DNA of 64,000 nucleotides from an uncultured Bacteroidia bacterium. GTDB taxonomy: Bacteria; Bacteroidota; Bacteroidia; Bacteroidales; F082. The stretch spans positions 6,452 through 70,451 of the forward strand of contig CAVWXM010000033.1 of NCBI GenBank assembly GCA_963759045.1, given 5' to 3'. The position numbers and the translations under genes were made by a program. The notes under the pieces are model-generated. The model saw nothing but the letters and a program-made list of their open reading frames with translations, had not been told where the DNA came from and did no database searches. This document shows, in pieces, positions 54,257-64,000 of the stretch (the first letter of the stretch is position 1; each line of letters starts with the position of its first letter).

Positions 54257-54853
54257 TTACTCCCAGTTGCCGTCAGTTGAAGGTTCAATGAGTGAGCCTA
54301 CTTTTAAGCCTGGATATTTATCTATATCTTCTTGTTTGGCTATAATGTTAATCACAGTCTGTTTATCCATGCCTTTTAAATAGGCAGTATAAGGTGCCAA
54401 CACTTCAAAAACATGAACTTCAACTCCACCTCTTTCAATGGTATCTGCATCCATTTGGAAATACTCACCGTCAGAAAAAGGAATCAATGAAAGCTGATCA
54501 ATTTTATAAGGTTTGCTTTTAAACAAAGTATCTGAAACCTTAATATAACCAATCGTATCATTAATGGTTAATGTAAAGGTAGTATCATCCGGATCGGGAA
54601 TAATTTTTACCACCGGCAATTCTGCATCTACCAGAAATGCAATTAACGAGTCAAAGTTATTTGAATATGAACCATTCATGCGTTTAAAAACCATTTGTGA
54701 ATTTCGGATGTCTTTAAGTTTGTTAACGACCATCAATTCACGTGATTTTTTCTCTTCGTTAAATTTCACAGGCTCCATGATGCTTTCATAAACATAATAG
54801 CCAAGCACTACAATTGCAATGAATAATACGACCTGAATAAGTATCTTTTTCAT
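54257..54853 (-). CDS. Hypothetical membrane-anchored protein
   Basis: 198 aa with a single N-terminal TM helix (ILIQVVLFIAIVVLGYYVY). Confidence 0.55.
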   Translation of the reverse strand: MKKILIQVVLFIAIVVLGYYVYESIMEPVKFNEEKKSRELMVVNKLKDIRNSQMVFKRMNGSYSNNFDSLIAFLVDAELPVVKIIPDPDDTTFTLTINDTIGYIKVSDTLFKSKPYKIDQLSLIPFSDGEYFQMDADTIERGGVEVHVFEVLAPYTAYLKGMDKQTVINIIAKQEDIDKYPGLKVGSLIEPSTDGNWE

Positions 54854-55006
54854 GTTGATGAATTTTAAACAGCAAATTTATAATTTTTTTAACAAGGAAG
54901 TTGGAATTATTTGTTATTTGTTGGCCTGATAATTAAGTGATTAAATTTTATTACTCAATAGGCTGTTCTTTATGTAAAGTTTATCTTTAAATCCTAGTAA
55001 AATTGT

Positions 55007-55456
55007 TTAAAGCTCAGCATATAGAGGTGTTTCTTTTAAGAATAAATATGTTTTCTTTTCATAATCCATCCGGCAACAATAATGATTTATTCCATTACTG
55101 ATCATCAGGTAGTTTACCTTCATCGTTAAATTATAGCGTGATACCTGGTCGAATGATTTTTGATCGAGTTTAACTTTTGGTGATTTAAATTCTATTAATA
55201 CTAAAGGATTTCTGCTAGTATCATACACCACTGCATCAAAACGTTTTTGCATTTGGTTGACTTTTAATCCTTTTTCAACTGCAATTAATGATGTAGGATA
55301 CCCTTTTTGATTGACGAGGAAACTCAAGAAATGTTGCCTGACCCATTCTTCAGGTGTCAACACGATATATTTTTTTCTAAAATTATCAAATACTTCTATT
55401 TTCCCACACTCAGTTTTTCTTGTTTTCAGTTCAATTTCTGGCAGGTTTAATTGCAT
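55007..55456 (-). CDS. Stand-alone HsdR-N-terminal-like (PD-(D/E)xK fold) protein
   Basis: 149 aa. FDAVVYD...PLVLIEFKSPKVKL fits a D...ExK nuclease-fold motif. Confidence 0.65.
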   Translation of the reverse strand: MQLNLPEIELKTRKTECGKIEVFDNFRKKYIVLTPEEWVRQHFLSFLVNQKGYPTSLIAVEKGLKVNQMQKRFDAVVYDTSRNPLVLIEFKSPKVKLDQKSFDQVSRYNLTMKVNYLMISNGINHYCCRMDYEKKTYLFLKETPLYAEL

Positions 55457-55665
55457 TGGCTAAAAGTAGACAAAAACAAAGAATTTATATAGTTGTTTAC
55501 ACGTTATGCAATACAAGTTGCAAGGCGTTGATTCGTGAAATGATGAAAGAATTTAATAAAACCTGTAACATGCTCCTCGCACCGATAGTCATATTACAAA
55601 AGTTTGATAGGTTTAATACATAATGGTTTTGTATTTTTCAGGGTAATTGAACACCTCAAATTAAG

Positions 55666-55673
55666 TACCTTTG
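55666..55673 (+). promoter_or_regulatory. Putative -7 box (TACCTTTG)
   Basis: Exact TAnnTTTG match 18 nt upstream of ATG 55691. Confidence 0.4.
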
Positions 55674-55690
55674 CTTTTAAATTATTGCAT

Positions 55691-56461
55691 ATGAAGAATA
55701 AGGAAGAGATTGTTTCGAATTGGCTGCCAAGGTACACAGGGATTGCAATTGAGGATTTTGGAAAATATATTTTATTAACAAACTTTAACAAATATCTTGA
55801 ACTTTTTGCTTCCTGGAATAATGTTGAAATTGTTGACCTTAACGCAAACATGCCATCAGCAACCGCTGGTGATATTACGATGATCAATTTTGGAATTGGA
55901 AGCGCTAATGCAGCCACAATTATGGACCTCTTAACAGGAATACATCCTAAGGCTGTTTTATTTTTAGGAAAATGTGGTGGTTTAAAAAAGAAAAACCAGG
56001 TAGGCGATCTGATATTACCCATTGCTGCCATTCGGGGTGAGGGAACTTCAAATGATTATATGCCTTCTGAAATACCTGCACTTCCTGCGTTTAGCCTACA
56101 AAAAGCAATGTCTACTACCATTCGCGATTTCAGTAAAGATTACTGGACTGGAACAGTTTACTCAACAAATCGAAGGGTATGGGAACATGATGAAAAGTTC
56201 AAGAAATATCTTCGCAAAACCCGAAGTATGGCCATTGATATGGAAACAGCAACAATTTTTATTGTTGGGTTTAAAAATGAAATTCCAACCGGTGCTTTGC
56301 TTTTGGTTTCTGATCAGCCAATGATACCGGAGGGCGTAAAAACCATGGAAAGCGATGAAGTGGTAAATAAACACTTTGTTGAAGATCATATAAAAATCGG
56401 CATTGATTCATTGAAACAGCTAATCAATCAGGGAGTAACAGTTAAACATTTAAGATTTTAG
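55691..56461 (+). CDS. amn: AMP nucleosidase (short, PNP_UDP_1 fold)
   Basis: MKNKEEIVSNWLPRYTG...GKCGGL...IRGEGTS...MAIDMETATIF. The track ORF starts upstream at 55604, across the promoter box. Confidence 0.82.
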   Translation: MKNKEEIVSNWLPRYTGIAIEDFGKYILLTNFNKYLELFASWNNVEIVDLNANMPSATAGDITMINFGIGSANAATIMDLLTGIHPKAVLFLGKCGGLKKKNQVGDLILPIAAIRGEGTSNDYMPSEIPALPAFSLQKAMSTTIRDFSKDYWTGTVYSTNRRVWEHDEKFKKYLRKTRSMAIDMETATIFIVGFKNEIPTGALLLVSDQPMIPEGVKTMESDEVVNKHFVEDHIKIGIDSLKQLINQGVTVKHLRF

Positions 56462-56463
56462 TT

Positions 56464-57468
56464 TTGGATTTTGAACTGATATTAAAAGACCTTCAAAATA
56501 AAATTTTCTCTCCAATTTATTTTTTATACGGTGAGGAACCTTATTTTACTGACCAGCTGACTTCTTATATTGAGAAAAATGCACTTGATGAAAGTGTCAG
56601 GGAATTCAACCAAACCGTAATATATGGAAGGGATGTTTCCGTAAAGGATATCATACACCTGGCCCGGAGTTTTCCGATGATGGGAAATTACCAGCTAATA
56701 ATTGTGAAAGAGGCACAGGAGATTAAAAAGATTGAAGAATTTGAACCGTACCTTGATGCTCCAATGGAAACCACCATTTTGGTGATTAGTTACAAATACA
56801 AAAAGCTGGACAAACGAAAAGGGTTTTATAAAAAACTGACAAAATCTAAAGAAGCAGTTGTATATGAGTCCCAGCGCATTCGTGATTATGAAGTCCCGAA
56901 ATGGATTGAGAAAACAATTAGTCAGAATGGTTATAAGATTCATCCTGTTGCAGCAGGCATTTTATCTGATCATCTTGGAAACGATTTAAACAAGATCAGT
57001 AACGAGATTGAGAAACTGATGATCAATATAAAACCAGGTTCTGAGATTACAGAAACTGAGATTGAGGAAAATATTGGTATAAGTAAAGACTTTAATATTT
57101 TCGAATTTCAAAAGTCGCTCTGGCAGAAAAATGCATTAAAAGCACAACGTATTGTCAATTATTTTGAGGCCAACCCCAAAGAACATCCTTTACAGATGAT
57201 CTCGGTAATGTTGCACAATTTTTTTATGAAGATATTTCTGTATCATCATATTCGTAATTTGGATGATCGAAAAATTGCTGCCGAATTGGGAGTCAATCCA
57301 TTTTTTGTAAAAGACTTTCAGCAGGCATCGCGTGTGTTTTCTACTCAAAAAGCCAAATCCATCATTTCCGACATTAAAAACCTTGATTTAAAAAGTAAGG
57401 GTGTTGGAAGCAATGATGCCCAAAGTTACGGTGAGTTAAAGCAGTTGGTATTCAGGATTATGCATTAG
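56464..57468 (+). CDS. holA: DNA polymerase III subunit delta
   Basis: 334 aa. IYFLYGEEPYFTDQL is a typical HolA N-terminus. Confidence 0.85.
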   Translation: MDFELILKDLQNKIFSPIYFLYGEEPYFTDQLTSYIEKNALDESVREFNQTVIYGRDVSVKDIIHLARSFPMMGNYQLIIVKEAQEIKKIEEFEPYLDAPMETTILVISYKYKKLDKRKGFYKKLTKSKEAVVYESQRIRDYEVPKWIEKTISQNGYKIHPVAAGILSDHLGNDLNKISNEIEKLMINIKPGSEITETEIEENIGISKDFNIFEFQKSLWQKNALKAQRIVNYFEANPKEHPLQMISVMLHNFFMKIFLYHHIRNLDDRKIAAELGVNPFFVKDFQQASRVFSTQKAKSIISDIKNLDLKSKGVGSNDAQSYGELKQLVFRIMH

Positions 57469-59242
57469 TATCTGCGTAAATGCTTTCAACCAGGTCTTTG
57501 TACATCTTCACCATTTCCTTTCTACGTAATTTTAGTGTTGGAGAAAGAAGATTATTATCAACCGACCATTCATCATTTAGCAAAACGAATTTTTTAATCT
57601 GTTCGGTTTGATCAAATTTGGTGTTCATCTCATCAATTTCTCGCTGAATCCTTTTGATGATGACTTCATTATTGATAATATGATCAGGACCGTCATATTG
57701 ATGACCCTTAACCTTGCACCATGATTCAAGATGTTCAAAATTAGGGATGATCAATGCGGAGGCAAAATGTTTGCCTTCACCGACCACCATTATATTTTCA
57801 ATAAATGGCGAAACTTTAAGCTTAACTTCAATAACCTGCGGGGCGATATATTTTCCACCCGAGGTCTTGAAAATTTCTTTTTTGCGATCAGTTATTTTAA
57901 GATAGTTACCCTCCATATGTCCAATATCGCCGGTTTTAAACCAACCATCTTCAGTAGTAACTTCAGCTGTTAAGTCAGGTCGGTTGTAATATCCCATCAT
58001 CACACAAGGACTTTTTGTGAGGATTTCGCCATCTTCGGCAAACTTCACATCAATGCCCGGAACGATAGGACCAACTGTTCCTATTTTTACCCCATTGGGA
58101 ATAAACTGTCCAACAGCAATCACCGGTGAAGTCTCCGTTAAACCATAGCCTTCAACAACCTGCATTCCGGCAGCCCAAAATTGTCTTGCAAGGTCTTCCT
58201 GTAAGCTGGCACCTCCACAAACAACCACATCGATATTTCCTCCAAGGGCATCAATCCATTTTGAGAAAACTAGTTTTCGCGCAACCGAGAGTTTAAAGTT
58301 ATACCAGGCTGATCGTTTTGCCCAGGGTTCATATTGTGCCCCAACGTCTAATGCCCAGTGGAAAATTATTTTTGAAATAAGGGGAAGGTCGCGGCCTTTG
58401 CTCATTATTTTAGCGTACGTCTTTTCCAAAATTCGGGGCACAGCACAAAACATTTCAGGCTTTACTTCCCTTATCATCTCACCAATCAATTCAAGGTTAT
58501 GTACATAATACACCTCAACACCTGATAATTGGTAAGTGTAATTAATCACTCGTTCCAGTACGTGACATAATGGCAAAAAACTAAGAGCTGTTTTTACAGG
58601 GTTTTGAGAAAGAATATCTGCTGCAGCCTGGGCGTTGGTAATTATATTTTTATGCGAAAGCATGACTCCTTTTGGCATTCCGGTTGTACCCGAAGTATAG
58701 ATGATCGAATTCAAATCTTCTTTATTGATTGAATTCTTAATTTCAGTCAGCTCGGTTTTTCGATTAGATTTAATCCCTATTTCAAGCAAATTGTCTAAAG
58801 TTGGGATGTCAGCCTCAAAGTCAACGCGATAACCACCCTTATAACTGTCAATTTTATGAAGGATTGGTTCAATCCTGTCATAGACCTCTTTATTTGAGAT
58901 CATCAAATGCTTTACACCAGCGTCTTTAAAAATAAACTCGAAGCTGTCGTTTGAAATTGTTGGATAAATAGGAACGTGTACGGCTCCGGTCTGGGCAATG
59001 GCCATGTCAATAAAATTCCATTCCGGTGAGTTATGCAGTACTGTTGCGATTTTATCGCCTTTATTAATTCCGATCTCAAGAAAAGCAAGGCTTAGTTCAT
59101 CGCAAATGCGCACATAATCAGTCGCGGAATAACTTTTCCATTTACCGCTTCTTTTTTCTGAAAAGGCTTTGTTTAATCCTTTAAATTCATTTCGATATGC
59201 ATTTAGCAAATCAAAAACGCGGGTAATATTTTTATCGGCCAT
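57458..59242 (-). CDS. Long-chain acyl-CoA synthetase (AMP-forming)
   Basis: IIYTSGTTGMPKGV AMP-binding motif. 594 aa. Confidence 0.9.
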   Translation of the reverse strand: MADKNITRVFDLLNAYRNEFKGLNKAFSEKRSGKWKSYSATDYVRICDELSLAFLEIGINKGDKIATVLHNSPEWNFIDMAIAQTGAVHVPIYPTISNDSFEFIFKDAGVKHLMISNKEVYDRIEPILHKIDSYKGGYRVDFEADIPTLDNLLEIGIKSNRKTELTEIKNSINKEDLNSIIYTSGTTGMPKGVMLSHKNIITNAQAAADILSQNPVKTALSFLPLCHVLERVINYTYQLSGVEVYYVHNLELIGEMIREVKPEMFCAVPRILEKTYAKIMSKGRDLPLISKIIFHWALDVGAQYEPWAKRSAWYNFKLSVARKLVFSKWIDALGGNIDVVVCGGASLQEDLARQFWAAGMQVVEGYGLTETSPVIAVGQFIPNGVKIGTVGPIVPGIDVKFAEDGEILTKSPCVMMGYYNRPDLTAEVTTEDGWFKTGDIGHMEGNYLKITDRKKEIFKTSGGKYIAPQVIEVKLKVSPFIENIMVVGEGKHFASALIIPNFEHLESWCKVKGHQYDGPDHIINNEVIIKRIQREIDEMNTKFDQTEQIKKFVLLNDEWSVDNNLLSPTLKLRRKEMVKMYKDLVESIYADTNA

Positions 59243-59253
59243 AAGCTATAAAC

Positions 59254-61020
59254 TTAATTGTTGTAAATCCTATCAATCAGTTGTGCATACTTCTTCAGTA
59301 ATGTGGCTCTTTTCAGTTTCAAGTTAGCTGTAATTTCTCCTGTGTCGATCGTCCATTCATGGTCGATTAGTTCAAATTTTTTAATTTTTTCAGTGTCGCC
59401 AAATTGTTTGTTAAAACAGTCAACCTCTTTTTTAATTCTGTTTTTGTAATCTTTATTATTGATCATCTCTTTGTCGCTGGAAAAAGGGATGTTTTTTATT
59501 TTACACCACATACGAAAGTGCTCAAAGTCAGGTACGATCAATGCTGCTGCCCATTTTTGATTTTCGCCCACTACCATAATCTGATCAATAAAGGGTGATT
59601 CCTTAAGCTTGTTTTCGATCAAAACAGGTGATATATATTTTCCCATCGAGGTTTTAAATATCTCTTTTAACCTGCCAGTAATTTTAAGCATTCCACTATC
59701 ATCAATAATGCCCATGTCGCCCGTATGCAACCAACCATCAATAACGGTTTCATTTGTCATTTCAGGATCCTTAAAATAACCTTTCATAACAATAGGCCCC
59801 TTGACCAGGATTTCTCCTTTTTCAGAAATTTTTACCTCAACATTATTTAATGGGGGCCCAACGGTTCCAATTTTCCGTTGTTTAGGAATAAATGTATTGA
59901 CGGCAATTACAGGTGACGATTCAGTCATCCCATATCCTTCAACCACCGGAATGCCTGCTGCATTATAAATCCGTGCTAATCGTGGTTGAAGTGCCGCCCC
60001 TCCTGAAACAATAGAGCGCATCTCACCACCAAAAGCTTCTCGCCATTTGCTGAATACAAGCTTATTTGCGATTTTTAGCTGAGCATTATATAATATCCGA
60101 TCTGGTCGGTCGTATTCATATTTCAACCCCAGATTTACAGCCCAGAAAAAAATCTGTTTTTTTAATCCTTTTAGTCTTCGACCTTTTGCCAGTATTTTAT
60201 CGTAAACTTTTTCGAGTAGCCTTGGCACTGTAGTCATAAGATGAGGTTTTACCTCTTGTATATTATCTACAATCGTCCCCATGTTTTCTGCATAGTAGAT
60301 CGAAACACCCTTATATTGCAGTATGTAATTAACAGTTCTTTCATAAACATGACAAAGTGGGAGATAACTCAAACCCCTTGATGTTTCGTCAACCGGAAAT
60401 ATCCATTCGGCAGCCTTTACATCGCTTAATATATTTTCATGAGTCAACATTACACCTTTTGGAAATCCTGTTGTACCTGAGGTATAAATCAATGTAGCAA
60501 CATCATCTTTATCAATAGAAGCACTGATTTTCTCAAGCATTTCAGTTTTTTTTGATTGCCTTCCGGATTCAATCAAATCATTCATATGATGATGTTCATC
60601 AATCTTCTTAATGGTGTACAGCTGTTCCAGATTCTCGATTTCGGGAAGTATATGTTCAATTTTTCGGAGCAGCTCTTTTCCTGCTACAAAAACAAACCTA
60701 ACATCAGCATGTTTTAATATATACCTATAATCATCTTCGCTAATGGTTGGATAGACTGGAACGTGAATAGCACCGGTTTGCAGTATGCCCATGTCGATGA
60801 AATTCCACTCTGGCCGGTTATTTGAAATGGTAGCAACCTTATCTCCTTTTTTAATACCAAGCTCCAAAAGGCCAAGACTGATATGATTCGCTTTTTCACG
60901 ATAGGTTTTTAAATCATATTTGATCCATTCACCATTTTCTTTGCCAGCCAGAACATCATTTTTCGGTTTGAATTTATCCTCGTACCTTGATAATAAATCA
61001 AAAATGCGTATAACTTCCAT
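59254..61020 (-). CDS. Long-chain acyl-CoA synthetase (AMP-forming), tandem paralog
   Basis: LIYTSGTTGFPKGV motif. 588 aa, collinear with the upstream paralog. Confidence 0.9.
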   Translation of the reverse strand: MEVIRIFDLLSRYEDKFKPKNDVLAGKENGEWIKYDLKTYREKANHISLGLLELGIKKGDKVATISNNRPEWNFIDMGILQTGAIHVPVYPTISEDDYRYILKHADVRFVFVAGKELLRKIEHILPEIENLEQLYTIKKIDEHHHMNDLIESGRQSKKTEMLEKISASIDKDDVATLIYTSGTTGFPKGVMLTHENILSDVKAAEWIFPVDETSRGLSYLPLCHVYERTVNYILQYKGVSIYYAENMGTIVDNIQEVKPHLMTTVPRLLEKVYDKILAKGRRLKGLKKQIFFWAVNLGLKYEYDRPDRILYNAQLKIANKLVFSKWREAFGGEMRSIVSGGAALQPRLARIYNAAGIPVVEGYGMTESSPVIAVNTFIPKQRKIGTVGPPLNNVEVKISEKGEILVKGPIVMKGYFKDPEMTNETVIDGWLHTGDMGIIDDSGMLKITGRLKEIFKTSMGKYISPVLIENKLKESPFIDQIMVVGENQKWAAALIVPDFEHFRMWCKIKNIPFSSDKEMINNKDYKNRIKKEVDCFNKQFGDTEKIKKFELIDHEWTIDTGEITANLKLKRATLLKKYAQLIDRIYNN

Positions 61021-61126
61021 TAAGTTAATAAGTTTTTGAGGTGTGCAAAAATAAAATAAAAAAACAACATACTTGTAAGTGTCAAAATATCAGTCTTGTA
61101 GAAATCCTCTGATTGTTATTTTGCCA

Positions 61127-61882
61127 TTAGTCCTTTAAAACAGTAGTTGCGTTAGCCTGGGCAGTTGGCATGATAATTAGATCGTTAATATTAACGTGAG
61201 TTGGCAAAGATGCAATATAATACGCTGCATCAGCGATGTCTTGTCCTTTTAGTGGCTGATAACCCTGGTATACTTTTTCAGCAACTTCTTTATCCCATTT
61301 AAACCTGACTAATGAAAATTCAGTCTCCACCAATCCCGGGGCAACCTGGCTGACTTTAATACCATGAGGTAAAAGATCAATTCTCATGCCTTTGGTCAGT
61401 GCATCAACAGCATGTTTGCTGGCACAATATACATTGCCTTTCGGATAAACCTCTTTTCCGGCAATTGATCCAATATTAATAATATGTCCTTTTCTGCTTT
61501 CAATCATTTTTGGGACGATTGCTTTTGTAATATATAATAAGCCTTTAATATTGGTGTCAATCATCTGTTCCCAATCATCAACTGAACCATCCTGAATAGG
61601 ACTTAAACCGGCGGCAAGGCCTGCATTATTAATCAGTATTTCTACTTTCCAATCGGATGGAATTTTAGCAACGGCTGCATCAACCTCAATTTTGTTGCGG
61701 ATATCAAAAGCCAAAGTCATTACTTGAACGCCGTATTTTTTCTTAAGATCATTGGCTAATTGTATTAAACGCTGTTTACGCCTTCCGGTGATGATAAGGT
61801 CATGCTTTTGTTCTGCAAATTTATAAGCGCATGCCTGTCCTATTCCTGCTGTTGTGCCTGTAATTAGGGTAATTTTATTCAT
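61127..61882 (-). CDS. SDR-family NAD(P)-dependent oxidoreductase (YdfG-like)
   Basis: TGTTAGIG, NNAG and YCASK motifs. Confidence 0.88.
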   Translation of the reverse strand: MNKITLITGTTAGIGQACAYKFAEQKHDLIITGRRKQRLIQLANDLKKKYGVQVMTLAFDIRNKIEVDAAVAKIPSDWKVEILINNAGLAAGLSPIQDGSVDDWEQMIDTNIKGLLYITKAIVPKMIESRKGHIINIGSIAGKEVYPKGNVYCASKHAVDALTKGMRIDLLPHGIKVSQVAPGLVETEFSLVRFKWDKEVAEKVYQGYQPLKGQDIADAAYYIASLPTHVNINDLIIMPTAQANATTVLKD

Positions 61883-61955
61883 TCGTAACTGGGTTTTGAA
61901 TAAAGCCCGAATTTAAAAAGAAATCAGCTTCATCCAGGAAATTATTGATTTAAAG

Positions 61956-62771
61956 TCAGCTATTATCTAATTTTAGGCAATACATTGGGTATCCTAAGTC
62001 TCTTGATGAAAGCTTAGGGTTCGCTGCAAAAATACCATAAAAAGCAGATCCACTTCCTGTTAAAGATGCATAAAGGGCACCTTTTTGATATAATACTGAT
62101 TTTATTTCACTCAGTTTTGGGTATAAATCGAAAAGCGGTTTTTCAAAATCATTAATCATGTTTTCAGGCCAGGTTTCGATAGGTTGTTTCAGGATATCAA
62201 AAATTGGGATTTCTGGAATTGAGGGAATAACTTTTGTGTACATTTCTTTTGATGAGATATTAATTCCAGGCATCACCAATACGACGAATTTATCGTTTAA
62301 AGAGAAATCAATAGTTTTAATCAAATCACCTTTTTCACTCACCATTGCAGGTTTATTTTGGGTAAAAAACGAGCAATCGCTTCCAATATTCGATGCAAGT
62401 GCCTGCAATTCAGTATTTGGTAATTTTAATTCGAAGTATTGACTCGCTGTCTTGATTAAAAAAGCCGCATCAGATGATCCTCCCCCTAAGCCTGATCCAA
62501 TTGGGATTTGTTTTAACAACTTTATGTGCAATGGCGGTATACCATAATTCTGATGCATCAAAAACCAGGCTCTGGTAACAAGATTATCTTTTTCAAGAAT
62601 ATCTGAACCCAAACCAAAAGAAATTAGCTTGTATGATTTGGAGGGTAAAAATTCCAGAACATCATAGTAAGGTATTGGATACAAAAGAGATGAGATATTG
62701 TGAAATCCATCATCTCTTTTAGAAACAACACCTAGCCCGAGATTTATTTTCGCATTAGGGAAACAGATCAT
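61956..62771 (-). CDS. ispE: 4-diphosphocytidyl-2-C-methyl-D-erythritol kinase
   Basis: PNAKINLGLGVVSKRDDGFHNI and the GHMP motif PIGSGLGGGSSDAA. Confidence 0.9.
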   Translation of the reverse strand: MICFPNAKINLGLGVVSKRDDGFHNISSLLYPIPYYDVLEFLPSKSYKLISFGLGSDILEKDNLVTRAWFLMHQNYGIPPLHIKLLKQIPIGSGLGGGSSDAAFLIKTASQYFELKLPNTELQALASNIGSDCSFFTQNKPAMVSEKGDLIKTIDFSLNDKFVVLVMPGINISSKEMYTKVIPSIPEIPIFDILKQPIETWPENMINDFEKPLFDLYPKLSEIKSVLYQKGALYASLTGSGSAFYGIFAANPKLSSRDLGYPMYCLKLDNS

Positions 62772-62839
62772 CAATTCAAAATTAATTCATTCTGCTTTCT
62801 TTTATACTTTTGAACTCCAATTAACACACAAAATTATCT

Positions 62840-64000
62840 ATGACCCTAATCGATTCTGTTATTCACTGGTTGATTAAGAAAAGGATCCATCAAATTGAAC
62901 TTTTTAAGAAGTATCCTTTTGATGTTCAGGAAGAGTTGTTTAAAAAACTTATTTCAACCGCAAAAGATACTGAGTGGGGTAAAAAATATGATTACAAAAG
63001 CATTGATTCTGTTCGTAAATATACTGAACGAGTTCCAATTAGCACTTATTCAAAATTAAAACCATATATCGATCGTTTGAGGCAAGGGGAGCAGAATTTA
63101 TTATGGCCCGAGGAAGTGAAATACTTTGCCAAATCATCAGGTACCACTGCCGGTAAAAGTAAGTTCATACCGATGAGTGATTCTGCACTTGAAGAATGCC
63201 ATTATAAAGGGGGCAAAGACATTATTTCTGTTTATTTCAGCATGTATCCTGAATCAGCAATGTTTGAGGGTAAAAGCCTGGTTATGGGCGGAAGCGGCGT
63301 TTTCCAGGAAGTCAGCAATGCCAGTTATTATGAAGGGGATTTATCGGCAATTTTAATGAGGAACCTACCTTTTTGGGCACAATTCAGAAGGACCCCTTCG
63401 ATCGAGATTGCCTTAATGGATGAGTGGGAAAACAAGTTGGAACTGATGGCTGAATCTACACTCGATCATGATGTACGCAGTATTTCAGGTGTTCCATCCT
63501 GGATGCTGGTTTTATTGAGAAAAATACTGAAAAAGGCAAAAACAGATAATCTGAAAGAAGTTTGGCCAAATCTGGAAGTATTTTTTCATGGAGGAGTAAA
63601 ATTCGGGCCATATCGCGAACAATTTAATGCAATCATTCCACCCGGCGAAATTGTATACCTGAATACTTACAATGCTTCCGAAGGGTTTTTTGGAATCCAG
63701 GACCAAAAGGATGTTGACGATATCCTGCTTTTGTTAGACCTGGGAATTTATTATGAGTTTGTTCCCGTTAGCGAACTTGATTCTGAACATCCGGTTGCTA
63801 AACAGCTTAATGAAGTTCAGGTTGGTGTGAATTATGCCATGGTTATTAGCACAAATGCTGGTTTATGGCGTTATCAAATTGGCGATACTGTAATATTTAC
63901 TTCAACAAACCCTTTCCGTATTCAAATTACTGGACGAACTGTGAATTTTATAAACGTGGTTGGTGAAGAGTTGATTATTGACAATGCTGAAAAAGCACTT
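62840..64000 (+). CDS. GH3 (auxin-responsive-promoter) family adenylating enzyme, 3'-partial
   Basis: Not in the ORF track because it runs off the window. I translated it by hand from ATG 62840: MTLIDSVIHWLIKKRIHQIELFKKYPFDVQEELF...KYFAKSSGTTAGKSKFIP. It is open for 387 codons to base 64000. Confidence 0.8.
   Translation, partial: MTLIDSVIHWLIKKRIHQIELFKKYPFDVQEELFKKLISTAKDTEWGKKYDYKSIDSVRKYTERVPISTYSKLKPYIDRLRQGEQNLLWPEEVKYFAKSSGTTAGKSKFIPMSDSALEECHYKGGKDIISVYFSMYPESAMFEGKSLVMGGSGVFQEVSNASYYEGDLSAILMRNLPFWAQFRRTPSIEIALMDEWENKLELMAESTLDHDVRSISGVPSWMLVLLRKILKKAKTDNLKEVWPNLEVFFHGGVKFGPYREQFNAIIPPGEIVYLNTYNASEGFFGIQDQKDVDDILLLLDLGIYYEFVPVSELDSEHPVAKQLNEVQVGVNYAMVISTNAGLWRYQIGDTVIFTSTNPFRIQITGRTVNFINVVGEELIIDNAEKAL

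Overview
This is an AT-rich (mid-30s %GC by eye) chromosomal segment of Bacteroidota type. Supporting evidence: T9SS C-terminal sorting domains, TAnnTTTG -7 promoter boxes, a DUF3822-rsmD pair, a GH3-family gene, waaA and a short AMP nucleosidase. It holds about 55 protein genes. I found no rRNA, tRNA, CRISPR array, transposase, integrase or recognisable defence system.

The dominant structure is a head-to-head inverted segmental duplication covering the first 14.4 kb. The arms are at least 7.07 kb (1..7072 and 7307..14377) and about 98% identical in sampled stretches. Each carries a YbgC-like thioesterase, a methionine-gamma-lyase-family PLP enzyme, an MFS transporter, an NAD-dependent epimerase/SDR, and a dual-receiver PPDK_N protein. 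The arms flank a 234-bp unique core that holds a 5'-truncated NifX/NifB-like gene. Differences between the arms are mostly synonymous in the lyase and transporter genes. The epimerase and receiver/PPDK_N copies are more diverged and frameshifted.

The second candidate for novelty is a five-gene operon at 19048..23380. It combines a DUF115/MptE-like transferase, a HAD phosphatase, a divergent GAPDH-like dehydrogenase, a NeuA/KdsB-family cytidylyltransferase and a D-2-hydroxyacid dehydrogenase. There is no NeuB/KdsA-type synthase, so it may make an unassigned CMP-activated glycan substituent.

Other notable features are a tandem adk-adk fusion, a divergent cold-shock/front-end-type desaturase pair, and two paralogous T9SS proteins with lamin-tail domains.

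The window contains about 26 ORF-disrupting lesions (indels plus in-frame TAA and TAG codons). They are concentrated in highly conserved genes (dnaK 6, rfbB 3, pepA 2) and in the duplicated DNA. This looks more like assembly or polishing error than true decay, so every pseudogene call here is provisional.
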